Assembly: GCA_024679065.1 (NCBI GenBank)
Contig: JAGIQG010000009.1
Span: 85,746,001-85,810,000, forward strand
Source of the DNA: Sphyrna mokarran
Taxonomy: Eukaryota
Direction of reading: 5' to 3'
DNA length: 64,000 nt
A program made the position numbers and the translations under genes. Below the pieces are notes generated by a model. That model was not told the origin of the DNA. It saw nothing but the letters and a program-made list of their open reading frames with translations, and searched no databases. Positions 22,030 to 36,579 of the stretch are shown in pieces; the first letter of the stretch is position 1, and each line of letters begins with the position of its first letter.

Positions 22030-25000
22030 CCAGTGACACCTGGGAAGGTTTTTTTTCCCACACGCTTTAAGAAATGATGCTCCTTTGTCAGGTGTGTGGA
22101 AGGTTCTGATCAGAGAAAGGCTTATAAAGACACACACAGTTTACAGAATACTGATTAGAATGCACGTCTTTACAACTAACCTGCTATTCAAGTCTTAAAG
22201 ATGCAGACAATGTGAGTGGAGATAGCATTAGCTTAGGTTAAAGAGATGTGTATTGTTTCCAGACAGGACAGTAAGTGAGATTTTACAAGCCTAGGGAAGT
22301 CATGGGAGTTACAGATAGTGCGACATGAACCCCAGATCCCAGTTGAGGCCGTCCTCATGTGTGTGGAACTTGATTATCAGTCTCTGCTCAGCGACTCTGC
22401 GCTGTCGTGTGTCGTGAAGGCCACCCTGAAGAACGCGTACTCGAAGTCAGAGATCAAATGCGCGTGACCGCTGAAGTGTTCGTCAACAGGAAGGGAACAG
22501 TCTTGCCTGATGATTATCGAGCAATGTTCATTCATCCGTTGTCATACCGTCTGCATGGTCTCCCCAATGTACCATGCTTCAGGACTTCCTTTCCTGCAGT
22601 GTATTATGTAGACAATATTACCCAAGTTGCAAGAGTATGTGCCGTGTACCTGGTGGATGGTGTTCTCACGTGAGATGATGTCATCCATATCGATGATCCG
22701 GCATGTCTTGTAGAGGTTCCTGTAGCAGGGTTGTGTGGTATTGTGGTCACCATTCTCCTGAAGGCTGGGTAGTTTGCTGCAAGCAACGGTCTGTTTGAGG
22801 TTGTGCGTTTGTTTGAAGGCAAGAAGTGGAGGTGTGGGAATGGCCCTGGCGAGATGTTCATCTTCATCAATAATGTGTTGAAGGCGCTGGAGAAGATGTC
22901 ATAACTTCTCCACTCTGGGGAAGTACTGGATGTCCATCGTGTCCCATGTTTGTCTTCTGAGGAGGTCGATGCAGTTTCTCGCTGTGGCACGTCGGAACTG
23001 TCGATCGATGAGTTGAGTGCCATATCTTGTCCTTATGAGGGTATCTTTCAGCATTTGGATCCTCCTCATCTAAGCACATTCTGTGTATATGGAGGGCTTG
23101 TCCGTAGGGGATGGCTGCTTTAACGAGTTTAGGGTGGAAGCTGGAGAAGTGGAGCATCATGAGGTTATCTGTGGGCTTGTGGTACAGTGAGGTGCTGAGG
23201 TGACCGTCCTTGATTTTTTTTTAGAGCAACACAGCACGGGAAACAGGCCCTTCGGCCCAACGAGCCTGCGCCATCGTCATAACTATATAGTAACAGTTCC
23301 ATTATCCTATCCTAATTTTAGGTTATTCCTAATATAGAAGAGTCTAAATGTAGGGACAATTTGTTTCCCAATCAGCCTAAGAGCAAATTTTTGGGATGTG
23401 GGAGGAAACCGGAGCGCCCGGAGAAAACCCACGCAACCACGGGGAGAACGCGCAAACACCCGCAGACACCGGCCCAATTCCAAGTGCCTGCACAGCTACA
23501 GCGATAGTCACTGAGCTGTCATGGTGCCCTTCAGATGGTCCAGATAAAGCACTCATTTACGACATGAAGCACCAGGCAACCCATGAATCAACATCCAAGA
23601 GCTGTCCTCGCACCACCTGCCGAATGCATGCTCCTTGTTGGTCAAGTATGGACCGAATTACCTGTGGAAAAAAAAGCCATAGTTAAACAGTCCTACTATA
23701 TCCCTCTATCTGCATACCGCTCATGTGGCTGTCCAAGAGACCCTTAAACAGCCCCAGCGTGCCTGCTCCCACCACCTTACTCGGCAGTGCATTCCACACC
23801 CCCACTACCCTTTGTGTGAAAAACTGCCCTCTAATATTCGTCTTATACATAGCCCCCCTCACCCTAAGGCCATGACCCCTCGTCCTATCCATTTCTGAAG
23901 GTGGAAAAAGTTTACCTCCATTTACTCTATCTATACCCCTTATAATCTTATACACCTCTATGAGATCCCCTCTAAGCCGACGTCTTTCAAGGGAAAACAA
24001 CCCCAGTCTATTTAATCATTCCTCATAAGACAGTCCTTCCATACCAGGCAGCATCCTGGTAAACCTCCTCTGCACTCTCTCCAAGGACTCCACATCCTTC
24101 CGATAGTACGGCGACCAGAACTGGACGCAGTATTCCAAGTGAGGCCTAACCAACGTTCTATACAACTGCAACATCAAACTCCTACTCTTGTATTCTATAC
24201 CCTTTTCTATGAAAGCTAACATACTATACGCCTTCTTTATCACCTTCTCCACCTGTGAGGACACCTTCAGAGACTTGTGAACCTGCACTCCCAAGTCTCT
24301 CTGCGTCTCTATGCTCTGTATAGTTTTACCTTTTATCCTATAACTCTCTTCTACATTTTTCCGGCCAAAATGCATCACCTCGCATTTATCCAGATTAAAT
24401 TCCATTTGCCATCTATCTGCCCAGTCTACCAACCTACCTATGTCCTGTTGTATTGCCTGACACTGCTCCTCTGTACCCGCCAATCCAAGCATCTTGGTGT
24501 CATCAGCAAATTTGCTGATCTCACCACCTACCCCAACTTCCAAGTCGTTTATGTAGACCACAAATAGAAGAGGACCTAGTACTGAGCCTTGTGGCACTCC
24601 ACTAGTGACAGGCTTCCAGCCGGAAAAAGAGCCTTCCACTACTACCCTCTGTCTCCTCCTCCCGAGCCAGTTCTCGACCCATCTACATACCTGACCCTGT
24701 ATCCCATGCGCCTTCACCTTCTCTATCAGTCTACCATGAGGAACCTTGTCAAACGCCTTACTGAAATCCATGTAGACGACATCAACAGCATGTCCTTCAT
24801 CAACTGTTTTTGTCACTTCTTCAAAAAATTCCACTAGATTTGTAAGACAAGACTTCCCCTTGACGAAGCCATGCTGCGTATCCCTGATCAGATCGCAGCG
24901 CTCCAGATGCTCATACATCCTGTCCCTAAGGATCCTCTCCATTAGCTTACCTATAACTGAAGTCAAGCTCACCGGCCTATAGTTCCCTGGGTGATCCCTC

Positions 25001-25232
25001 TGACCTTTTTTAAACAACGGTACTACGTTTGCTATCCTCCAGTCCTCTGGGACCTCACCTGTGTCCAAGGAAGAGACAAAGATTTGCGTCAGAGGCCCAG
25101 CATGGAGATGCTTGACTCCAAGAATGCAACCGATTTCAGAGAATAGTCCATGGTGAGCCTGATGGTGTGGTGGAACTTGTTGATGTCATTATGTAATGGT
25201 TTCAGTGTTTGTTCCCCATGAGTCCAAAGGAA
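22030..25232 (-). mobile_element. Penelope-like element (about 22030-23215 and 25102-25232) interrupted by a CR1
   Basis: MLHFSSFHPKLVKAAIPYGQAL and a GIY-YIG region homologous to 19040-19610. Confidence 0.85.
23224..25101 (-). mobile_element. CR1 family C, 5'-truncated, with V-SINE-containing 3' UTR
   Basis: RT ORF 24016-25068 (FADD) and 23683-24000; V-domain at about 23385-23470. Confidence 0.9.
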
Positions 25233-26185
25233 GTTTTAAGTTGCTAGATCTGTTCAAAATCCATCCTAGTTAGAGGTCTTTGCAAGGTTGACAGGACTGG
25301 GTGTGCTGTTGTGGTTTCTGGTCAAAGGTGAATGCTGGGTGGTATATCCAATTGTATCTCTTATCAATCTTTCTGCATGAGTTCAACACAACTGAATGGC
25401 TTGCCATCCATTTCAGAGGGCAGTTAAGAAGTAACAGCATTGCAGTGAGTCTTGTGTAAACCAGACCAGATAAGAAGGACAGATTTACTTTTCTAAAGGA
25501 TATTAGTGAATCAAATTGATTTTTAAAACAACAATTGATAGTTTAACGGTCACTATTTAATCCCAACAAATTGGATGATTTTAAATTTCACCAGCTAATA
25601 TGGATTAAACGTTTGTCCCCGGACCATTTAACTGGACCCCTGGATTACAACCCCAGTGACATTGCCACAATGCCACTCTCACTGTGTGGGGTCTCCTTTT
25701 CTTCTCTGCATCTGATCACAGCCTCAGTCCCCTGTACAGTTGGTGTGTGTGTGTGGGTGTGATGCCGTCTGTTAGTAAGATTCTTGACACAGGGATCTCT
25801 AGCGATGCCGTCTGTTAGTAAGATTCTTGACACAGGGATCTCTAGCACCAAAGCAAGAGTATTAGGTTCCCTGTGAAAACCTTCATTCCTTCTATCTGCA
25901 AAATTAATTTCCAAATTAGCATGAATGAAAATTATGTACTTATAATAGAGCATTCTTAATTATTATTAATTAATATTCACATGAATATTAAGATACTAAC
26001 TGCGCAGTCTCATTGTTCTACATTGTCACAAATACCAGAGGAAATGCAGGTTATACAAAGAACAGAGAAAATTACAGCACAGGATCAGGCCATTCAGTCC
26101 TCCAAGCCTGCACTGACTTAACTGAAACCTCTTAACTATGACTTAACTAAAAACTAAACCCTTCCGGGGACCATATCTCTCTCAT

Positions 26186-26938
26186 TTGGAATACTGCGTC
26201 CAGTTCTGGTCACCCTCCTACTGGAAGGACGTGGAGACTCTAGAGAGTGTGCAGAGGAGGTTTACCAGGATGCTGCCGGGTATGGAAGGTCTGAGTTACG
26301 AGGAGAGGTTAGGCAAATTGGGGCTGTTTTCCTTAGAAAGATGTAGACTTAGAGGAGATCTAATAGAGGTGTACAAGATTATGAGGGGTATAGATAAACA
26401 GGGTAAAGCTCTATCCTAGGATGGACTCAAATAGCACGAGGGATCACGGGCTTAGGGTGAGGGGGTAAGGTATAATTTGGATGCTAGAGGGAGTTTTTTC
26501 ACACGGAGGGTGGTGGGGGTATGGAATGTGCTGCCAAGTAAAGTGGTGGAGGCGGGCACTCTGGAGTTATTTAAGAAATACTTAGATGAGCACATGAACA
26601 GAATGGGAATGGAGGGGTATAGAAAACTGATTTAAAATAGAGATCATGAGCCTTGGGAGTCCCTGGGAAGTGTGTAAATAGATGATGATATTGATGTACT
26701 TGTTTTTATCCTACAGGTGCTTTGGTCCACCTTGTTGTCTAACGAGGGGCATACACGCGATGGGTCGTGAGAGGGCTGCTCTTGGATCTTTTTTGAGAGT
26801 ATCCTAGTGCTTCACGTCGTTAGTGTACGTTTGACCTGGACCATTTGATGGGCAACACGACAGCTCAGTGACTATCGCTGTGCTGTGCAGATACATGGAT
26901 TTGGGCCTGTGTCTGTGGCAGTTTGCGCATTCTCCCCG
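26186..26938 (+). mobile_element. CR1 family B 3' portion, broken inside its V-domain
   Basis: ORF 26186-26419 and a 3' UTR near-identical to 13740-14030. Confidence 0.88.
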
Positions 26939-29890
26939 TTCGGGGGGGGTGGGGTCCTAAGTAGTTGGGGTGCTAAGAGGGATGAGAGTAAGGGGGTCAT
27001 AGAGGAAAGCTGTAAAACACAGCAGCGTACGGGTGGGGCAGGACATGGTTTGAAATGCGTATACTTTAATGCAAGGAGTATTCGCAATAAGGGGGAGGAA
27101 CTTGCAGCTTGGACCATTACCTGGAACTTCGATGTTGTGGCCATTTCAGAGACTTGGGTAGAGCAGGGACAAGAATGGATGTTGCAGGTTCAAATGCTTT
27201 AGTCGGAGTAGAGAAGGAGTTGGAAGGGGGGGAGGAGTGGCATTATTAGTCAAAGACTGTATCACAGTGACAGAGAAGAAGTTTGATGAGGACTTGTCTG
27301 TTGAGGTAGTATGGGCTGAGATTAGAAACAGGAAAGGAGAGGTCACCCTGTTGGGAGTCTTTTATAGACCTCCTAAAAGTTCTAGAGAGGTAGAGGAAAG
27401 GATTGCAAAGTCAATTCTGGTCAGGAGTGAAAGTAATAGGGTAATTGTTATGGGGGACTTTAACTTTACTAATATTGATTGGAATAGCTATAGCTCTAGC
27501 TCGTTAGAGGGGTCAGTTTTCGTACAAAGTGTGCAGGAAGGTTTTTTGACTCAGTATGTAGATAGGCCAACTAGAGGTGAGGCTACATTGGATTTGGTGC
27601 TGGGCAATGAGCCAGACCAGGTGTTAGGCTTGGAAGTTAGTGAACATTTTGGTGATAATGACCACAATTCGGTTACGTTCACCTTAGTGATGGATAGGGA
27701 TAGGCATGAAGCTGGGGGCAGTAGTTATAGCTGGGGGAAGGGTAATTATGAGGCCATCAGGAGAGAATTAGGGTGCATAGATTGGACTAGGAAACTACAG
27801 GGACTGGGAACATCTGGAATGTGGAGCTTATTCAAGGAGCAGCTGCTGCGAGTCCTTGATAAGTATGTCCCTGTCAGGCAAGGAGGAAATGGTCGAGTAA
27901 GAGAACCTTGGTGTACGAAAAAAGTTGATTTTCTGGTTAAAAGGAAAAAGGAGGCTTATGTCAGGATGAGGCTTGAAGGCTCGGTTAGTGCAATGGATAG
28001 CTATAGATTAGCCAGGAGGGAGCTAAAGAGTGAATTGAGGAGAGCTAAGAGGGGACACGAGAAGACTTTGGCTGATAGGATTAAGGAGAATCCTAAAGCT
28101 TTCTTTAGATATGTTAAGAATAGAAGATTGGTTAGGGCAAGATTAGGGCCAGTCATAGACAGCAGTGGGAAGTTGTGCGTGGAGCCTGAAGAGATTGGAG
28201 AGGCACTGAATAAATATTTCTCTTCGGTATTCACGCGGGTGATGTAAATGTAGTTATGGAGAACACTGAGGTACAGGGTAGCAAACTGGAAAGTGTTGAA
28301 GTAGATAGGGAGGATGTGCTAGATATTCTCGAGGGTTTGAAGTTGGATAAGTCCCCTGGCCCGGACGGGATTTACCCTAGGATTCTCTGGGAGGCAAGAG
28401 AGGAGATTGCAGAGCCTCTGGCTCTGATCTTCAGGTCGTCGTTGGTTACGGGTGTGGTTCCGGAGGACTGGAGGATAGCGAATGTGGTCCCGTTGTTTAA
28501 GAAGGGGAAGAGAGACCTTCCAGGGAATTAGAGGCCAGTGAGTCTTACTTCTGTTGTGGGCAAAGTATTGGAGAGAATAATTAGGGATAGGATTTATAGT
28601 TATTTAGAGAGAAATGAATTGATTGGAGATAGTCAGCATGGTTTTGTGAAGGTAGGTCGTGCCTTACTAACCTCATTGAGTTTTTTGAAAAAGTGACTAA
28701 AGAGGTGGATGGGGGTAAGGCGGTTGATGTGGTATATTTGGACTTTAGTAAGGCGTTTGATAAGGTGGCCCATGGAAGACTTCTGCAGAAAATGCAGATG
28801 TATGGGATAGAGGGTGATTTAGCTAATTGGTTAGGAATTGGCTAGCAGATAGAAGACAGAGGGTGGTGGTTGATGGGAGATATTCATCGTGGAGTTCGGT
28901 GACAAGTGGTGGACCTCAGGGGTCTGTTTTGGGGCCCCTGCTGTTTGTAATTTTTATAAATGATCTGGATGAGGGTATTGAAGGATGGATTATTAAATTT
29001 GCAGATGACACTAAAGTTGGTGGAGTGGTAGATAGTGAAGAGGGGTGTTATAGTTTGCAGAGGGACTTGGACAAGTTGCAGAGCTGGGCCGAGAGGTGGC
29101 AAATGGAGTTTAATGTGGAAAAGTGTGAGGTAATGCACTATGGCAAAAATAATAAATGTGTAGAGTATAGGGCAAATGGTAGGATTCTTAGTAGTCTAGA
29201 TGAACAGAGGGATCTTGGTGTGTATGTGCATATATCCCTGAAAGTAGGCAGTCAGGTCGAGAAGGTTGTTAGGAAGGCATATGGAGTCTTGGCTTTTATT
29301 GGTAGAGGGATTGAATTTCGGAGCCGCAACGTCATGTTGCAAGTGTACAAAACTCTAGTGCGGCCGCACTTGGAGTATTGTGTGCAGTTCTGGTCTCCAC
29401 ATTATAAGAAAGATGTGGAGGCATTGGAGAGGGTACAGAGGAGGTTTACCAGGATGTTGCCTGGTATGGAGGGCAGGTCTTATGAAGAGAGGCTGAGGAT
29501 TTGAGGTTGTTTTCGTTAGAAAGGAGGCGGCTAAGAGGGGACCTAATCGAAACATATAAGATGATTAGAGGTTTAGATAGGGTGGACAGTGATAGCCTTT
29601 TTCTAGGATGGAGAAAGCTAGCACGAGGGGACACAGCTTTAAATTAAGGGGTGATAGTTATAGGACGGATATCAGAGGCAGGTTCTTTACCCAAAGGGTG
29701 GTTCGGGAGTGGAATGCCCTGCTGCAGCAGTTGTAGATGCGCCAAGTTTGGTGGCGTTTAAGAGGTTAGTTGATAAGTATATGGAAGAGAAGGGAATGGT
29801 TTAGTTTGGAGGGGCATTGCTTTTTATATTGGTCGGCGCAACATTGAAGGCCGAAGGGCCTGTTCTGTGCTGTAATGTTCTATGTTCTAT
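26939..29890 (+). mobile_element. CR1 family A, ORF2-only copy with frameshifts and stops
   Basis: ORFs 27237-28247, 28256-28531 and 28827-29504; ATGTTCT tail at about 29890. Confidence 0.93.
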
Positions 29891-31239
29891 ACCATACGCT
29901 TTCTTTATCACATTCTCCACCTATACTGACACCTTCAGAGACTTGTGAACCTGCACCCCCAGGTCTCTCTGCATCTCTATATTCCGGATAGTTTTACCTT
30001 TTATCCTGATGCTGAAGAGGCTGAAATCAGCTCACTGCGCGGGATACTGTTGCGCCTATGTATCAATGCCGATATGCATACGCAATGGCCCCACACTGAT
30101 GGCCTCCAAATTCTGGCCAGTCCCACAATGGTTCAATTGCTGGCCCCCCCGACCATTTCCAGCCCCAACACCCACACCTCTTGGTCCAACATGTATCCCC
30201 ACCCTCACCCCTATCTCCTGCAGTCTTGACTCCCTCTTCCAACACCCGCCACAATTCTGATACACCCCGCAACCGCCTCCCCGCCAAAGCCGGCTGATTG
30301 CTTTGCCCTGGCCTGCCCTGATTGCTGGTCATGTGCAGGGAGCACCCCACCTTCCTCTCCCCGCCCAACTTTCTTTGAGGCCCCCAGCTTCCCCCCCACA
30401 TTTCACTCCAGTGGGGTCGGACTACAAGTTCCATGTTAGTGGGGAGCTACTGAATGAACCACTGCTAGAGTGGGGGAGAAGGGGTAGAGAGAGAGATTAG
30501 CAGGAATGGAGACTTTAGTCCTAGGCCCTCTAATTAAATTTAAAAAATACTTTAATAAGTATTTAAATTACTTCTGTGCCTCCCACTGATATATGGTGCA
30601 GAACTGATGCTGCTGGAAATCCTTTGCTGGGAGGTACTTTTGCGGCAGCAACACGTGTGAATCCTGCACATTGCCTATCGCGAAATTCTCCTGGCCCACT
30701 GCACTAAAAAATTAGCACAGCTGAATGGGAAAATCATAGCCTTTGGTCGGAATCCTCCAACCGTTCATACCCTATCACCGTTGCCAGTGAGAATGGAAAA
30801 TGTGGTGCTCAGCCAAATCTCCATATACTTCAGTAGGACTAGAGAATCCCGTTGGTGTGAACGGTCAGAGAATCCTGTTCTCTGCTCCCAGTGTCTTTTC
30901 AGGAGGAGTTCCAGATACTCATCACCTTCTGAAAGAAAACAATCCTCTCATCTTTGCCTTAAATTGGTGACTCCTTACTTTCAAACAGTGACCCATAGTT
31001 CAAGATTCTCTAACAAGAGGAAACATCCTTTCCACATCCACCCAGTCAGGTATTGACTCGATTTCAATCAAGTCGCCTCTTCCTCTAAACTTGAGTGGAT
31101 ACAAACCAAACTTGTCCAATCTTTCGTCATAAGACAACCTGTCCAATCCTAGTCTGGTAAATCTTCTCTGATCTGCTTCTAACACATTTATCTTTTCTTA
31201 AATAAGTAAGGAGACCAATACAGTACATGGTATTCATAT

Positions 31240-31740
31240 ATGAACAAAAAACAAAGAACAAAACAGCATGGGAAACAGGCCCCTCGGCCCAACGAGCCCG
31301 CACCACCACATCGATGTTCTCATGTCCACCCATGATCCCTGTCATCCCTGTCTATGTTTATAGATCTATGCATTAGAACCAAATTTGAGACAATTTAGGG
31401 AGAATTTGTTTTGCCAATTAGCCTAAGAGCATATCTTTGGGACATGGGAGGAAACCGGAGCACCCAGAGAAAACCCACGCAAGCACGGGGAGAATGCGCA
31501 AACTCCCACAGACACAGGCCCAAATCCATGTATCTGCACAGCACAGTGATAGTCACTGAGCTGTCGTGTTGCCCATCAACTGGTCCAGGTCAAGCGTACA
31601 CTAACAATGTGAAGCACTAGGATAATCTTGAAAAATCCAAGAATAGCCCTCTCATGACCCATCGCGTGTATGCCCCTTGTTAGACAACAAGGTGGACCAA
31701 AGCACCTGTAGAATAAAAACAAGTACATTAATATCATCGA
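31240..31740 (-). mobile_element. Family B CR1 3' UTR fragment (V-SINE-containing)
   Basis: Homologous to 3326-3815. Confidence 0.85.
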
Positions 31741-32099
31741 CAATATCATCATATGGTCTCACCAATGATTTTCTCTTTGCAACTTCACACAAATTTAAGT
31801 TGTAAACAGACTTTGTTGCAAAACCATGTTAATATGGGGAAACAGCATGCAAGTATAATTAACCTACCAAAGAGCTGACACTGGCATGACTGTGCTCTTC
31901 TAATGATGTGGGAGTGAGAGGTGTAGGATCAATACCATGAACTGGAACGGACTCAGCTAATCCCACTCCCCTTATGGACACCCTGCCCTTTGAATACCTC
32001 TTGAGGATGACATGTCAGGGAAGGATTTTCTTCCTGAAAAAGAAGGCTGAGAGGTGACCTGATGAAGGTCTTTGAAATTCTGGAAGTTTTCAGAAGAGT

Positions 32100-33635
32100 G
32101 AATAGAGAGATGTTTGTTAGGTGTGTTCAGGAAGGTTTCCTGACACAGTACGTGGAAAAGCCTATGAGAGGAGAGGCTCTACTTGATCTGGTGCTTGCTA
32201 ATGAACCAGGACAGGTATCAGATCTCACGGTAGGTGAGCATCTTGGGAATGGAGATCATAACTCTATCTCTTTCATGATAGTGATGGAAAGAGATAGGAT
32301 CAGACAGGCTAGGAAGGTGTATGTCTGGAGTAAGGGGAAATATGAAAACATTAGGCAGGTAATTGGATGTATAAACTGGAAGGAGGCGTTCTTGGGGAAG
32401 AGTACAGAAGGAAAGTGGCGGATATTCAAGGAATGTTTGTCTGGGGCACTGCAAGACAACGTTCCGAGGAGTCGAGGAGGTTCTGGTAGGACGCGGGAAC
32501 CGTGGTGCACGAAGGTTGTGGTGAACCTAGTTAGGAAGGGAAAAATGGTATATCAAAGGTTCAGAGAGCTAGGGGATGTTAGGGATCTAGAGGAGTATAA
32601 GGTGTGTAGAAGGGAGCTTAAAAAGAAAATTAGGAGATCCAGAAGGGGTCATGAGAAGGCCTTGGCAGGGAAGATTAAGGAGAATCCCAAGGCCTTCTAC
32701 AAATATGTGAAAAGTAAAAGGATGAGAAGAGAAGGGATAGGGCCTATAAAAGGTGAAGGAGGAAAAGTCTGTGTGAATCCGGAAGAAATGGCAGAGGTGC
32801 TTAACGAGTACTTTGCCTCGGTATTCACAGTGGAAAGTGAACTGGGAGATTGCACTGCAGGTTTGAGGCATACGGAAAAGATTGAGTATGTGGATGTTAG
32901 GAAAAAGGATGTGTTAGACCTGTTAAATTCTATCAAGATAGACAAGTCGCCGGGACCGGATGGGATGTACCCCAGGTTATTGTGGGAGGTGAGGGAAGCG
33001 GTTGCAGAGCCCCTGACGATGATATTTGCGTCCTCCTTGGAAACGGGAGAGGTTCCGGAGGATTGGAGGATTTAAGGTGCAGGGAAGCAAATACAAAGGA
33101 GATGTCAGGGGTAGGTTTTTCACTCAGAGGGTGGTGAGTCAATGGAACTGACTGCCGTCGGAGGTTGTTGAGGCAAACTCACTGGTGTCTTTTAAGAGAC
33201 TTCTGGATGAGTATATGGAAAAGAATAGGATAGGGGGTTATAGATAGGTCTGTGGATTGGTAGATGTGATCGGCACAACTCGTGGGCCGAAGTCAATCCT
33301 CTATCCATTTGTGCTGTATTGTTCTATGTTCTATCTTCTATGATTGCGGATGTGGTTCCTATCTTTAAGAAAGGGAACAGGGATAGTCCAGGAAATTACC
33401 GACTGGTGAGTCTGACTTCAGTGGTTGGTAAGCTGATGGAGAGGCTTCTGAGGGATAAGATTTATGAACATTTGGAGAAGTTTGGATTGATTAGAAATAG
33501 CATGGTTTTGCCAAGGGCAGGTCATGCCTTACGAGCCTAGTTGAGTTCTTCGAAAATGTGACTCAACACATTGACGAAGGAAGAACGGTGGACGTAGTGT
33601 ACATGGACTTTAGTAAGGCGTTTGATAAGGCGTTT
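32100..33635 (+). mobile_element. CR1 fragments (another family, D), rearranged
   Basis: ORF 32062-33075, a 3' UTR at about 33075-33335, then resumed RT at 33340-33630. Confidence 0.85.
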
Positions 33636-35565
33636 GGAAATTAAAGTAACAGTGATGGCAGTGCAGGTAGTACGTTGCACCTCCTGCAGTATGTATGAGG
33701 TGAGGGACACCAGTAGTGTTCCTGCTGATTACACCTGCAGGAAGTGTGCACATTTGCAGCTCCTTGAGGATCGTGTTAAGGAGCTGGAGCTGGAATTAGA
33801 GGAACTCAGGGTAATTCGAGAGGTTGAGGAGGATATAGGCAGGAGTAACAAAGAGATTGTAACTCCTAAAAGTGATAATTGGGTAACTATTAGGAGGAGG
33901 GGTAAGAAGCAATCGGGGAGACAATCCCCTGGGGCTGTTCCCCTCCAAAATAAATTTTCTGTCTTGGAGGCGACAGTTGAGGAAGAATCAACTGGAGCTG
34001 ACCAAAGGGAGCAGGTCTCTGGGGGTGAGCCTGCTGAGAATGCTCAGGTGGGTGGGGGGAATAAGAGATTAGGCCTAGTTATAGGAGACTCCATAGTTAG
34101 AGGGACAGATAGGAGGGTAAGTAGTAATAAACGGGACTCAGGGCTGGTGTGTTGCCTCCCAGGGGCTGGGGTCCAGGATGTCGCAGATCGGGTTTTTAAG
34201 ATTCTTAAGGGTGAGGGGAGTCAGCCCCAAGTCATAGTTCATGTGGGGACACATGATGTAGGTAGGACAAGGGAAGGGGATATTAAACAGAAATTTATGG
34301 AGTTAGGGTGGAAGCTTAGGTCCATAACAGGCAGAGTGGTTATCTCTGGACTCTTGCCTGTGCCAAGGGATAGTTTAGAGAAGAACAGAGAAAGGGAAAG
34401 TTTGAACTCATGGCTGCGTGGATGGTGCAGGAGGGAGGGGTTCAGGTTCCTTAACAATTGGGACTCATTCTGGGATAGGTGGGACCTCTTCAAGAGAGAT
34501 GGTCTACACCTGAACCAGAGGGGGACTAATATCTTGGGGGGAAAATTTGCTAAGGCTATGATGGGGGCTTTAAACTGATTCGGGGGGGGGGTGGGATCCT
34601 AAGTAGTTGGGGTGCTGAGAGGGATGAGAGTAAGGGGGTTATAGAAGAGAGTTGTAAAACACAGCAGCATACGGGTGGGGTGGAGCATGGTTTGAAATGC
34701 GTATACTTTAATGCAAGGAGTATTCGCAATAAGGGGGAGGAACTTGCAGCTTGGACCAGTACCTGGAACTTCGATGTTGTGGCCATTTCAGAGACTTGGG
34801 TAGAGCAGGGACAAGAATGGATGTTGCAGGTTCCGGGGTACAAATGCTTTAGTCGGAGTAGAGAAGGAGGTAGAAGGGGGGAGGAGTGGCATTATGGTCA
34901 AAGACTGTATCACGGTGATAGAAAAGAAGTTTGATGAGGACTTGTCTGTTGAGGTAGTATGGGCTGAGATTAGAAACAGGAGAGGAGAGGTCACCCTGTT
35001 GGGAGTCTTTTACAGACCTCCTAATAGTTCTAGAGAGGTGGAGGAAAGGATTGCAAGTCAATTCTGATTAGGAGTGAAAGTAGTAGGGTAATTGTGATGG
35101 GGGACTTTAACTTTGCTAATATTGATTGGAATAGCTATAGCTCTACTCGTAGAGGGGTCAGTTTTCGTACAAAGTGTGCAGGAAGGTTTTTTGACTCAGT
35201 ATGTAGATAGGCCAACTAGAGGTGAGGCTACATTGGATTTGGTGCTGGGCAATGAGCCAGACCAGGTGTTAGGCTTGGAAGTTAGTGAACATTTTGGTGA
35301 TAGTGACCACAATTCGGTTACGTTCACCTTAGTGATGGACAGGGATAGGCATGAAGCTGGGGGCAGTAGTTATAGCTGGGGGAAGGGTAATTATGAGGCC
35401 ATCAGGAGAGAATTAGGGTGCATAGATTGGACTAGGAAACTACAGGGACTGGGAACATCTGGAATGTGGTGCTTATTCAAGGAGCAGCTGCTGCGAGTCC
35501 TTGATAAGTATGTCCCTGTCAGGCAGGGAGGAAATGGACGAGTAAGAGAGCCTTGGTGTACGAAA
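33636..35565 (+). mobile_element. CR1 family A (ORF1 and 5' part of ORF2) running into the assembly gap
   Basis: ORF1 33622-34578 nearly identical to 12152-13078; ORF2 fragments with indels. Confidence 0.92.
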
Positions 35566-35665
35566 NNNNNNNNNNNNNNNNNNNNNNNNNNNNNNNNNNN
35601 NNNNNNNNNNNNNNNNNNNNNNNNNNNNNNNNNNNNNNNNNNNNNNNNNNNNNNNNNNNNNNNNN
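35566..35665. other. Assembly gap (100 N)
   Basis: Run of N. Confidence 1.
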
Positions 35666-36099
35666 CAGCAGTCAAGGAGCAGAGTGAAGGACTGAAGGAC
35701 TTGTTAGAGCCTATGCAGTAACAGAGTCAGACCACTTGCTGCCTGTATCACCATGCAAAAATCCTCACCAATGCAAAAATCAGCAAGTTGAACAGCGCAA
35801 CATCCTGTGTGTGTTCAACTCTTCAGCAAAGTCATTCCTGTTTAGTCCTACCATAAGACCGTATCTCCAGAATGGAAAATTCCACCCATTTTCCCAGTGT
35901 TTGCGCAAACAGTGCAAGTTGAAGCTTACTTCATCAGGTATTCCCTATTCAAAGCACAAAATTTGATTATGTACAGATCCCACCCCCCCTCCCAATCGCA
36001 GTTACAATCAGTTTCAGAAAGAGTCAGTGATGAAAACCCATTCTCTCCATTTTTCTCATCAGCTCCATTCATTAGTTGATTGAACTCCATAAAATGTCA
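35666..36099 (-). other. Candidate 3' UTR terminal exon of the class I gene, truncated by the assembly gap
   Basis: Strong acceptor ccatcttttatttctcttcctcag at about 36123-36100, followed by non-repetitive sequence. A downstream exon is implied by the donor just after the stop codon. No polyA signal seen before the gap. Confidence 0.5.
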
Positions 36100-36579
36100 C
36101 TGAGGAAGAGAAATAAAAGATGGTTAGAGTGAGGCAAATCCACACAACAAACCCATCAGGCCCAACCCCCTCCCACCCAATCTATCGCTCTCCAAAAACC
36201 AATAACAGTTCCAGTGAGAAATGAAAATAGGACAGATGAATACATGGCTCAAGAGGTGGTGCAGGAAGGAGGATTTAAGTTTGCTGGATGACTGGGACTT
36301 TTTCTGGGGGCGGTGGGACATGTACAAATGGGACATTTTGCCCCGGGATCCACATTAGGCCAATATTTTTGTGGATAGCTTTGCTATTGCTGTTGGGAGG
36401 AGTCTGGTAGGAGAGGACACAGGACATTAATAGAGACACACTGACTTGCTTCCTTTACTATAGCAGAGAGAATTTAACCATGTTGAGCATCAAGAGAGTA
36501 AGACAAGGTTGGATGGTGTTTACTTTAATGCTTATTTTAACACCAGTTCAACACCGGCATCTCCACATCATAACTTCCA

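Noticed and set aside
30008-30880. GC-richer non-CR1 segment with short ORFs
   Set aside because: No recognisable protein motif or splice structure; probably an unclassified degraded repeat that I cannot identify without a database.
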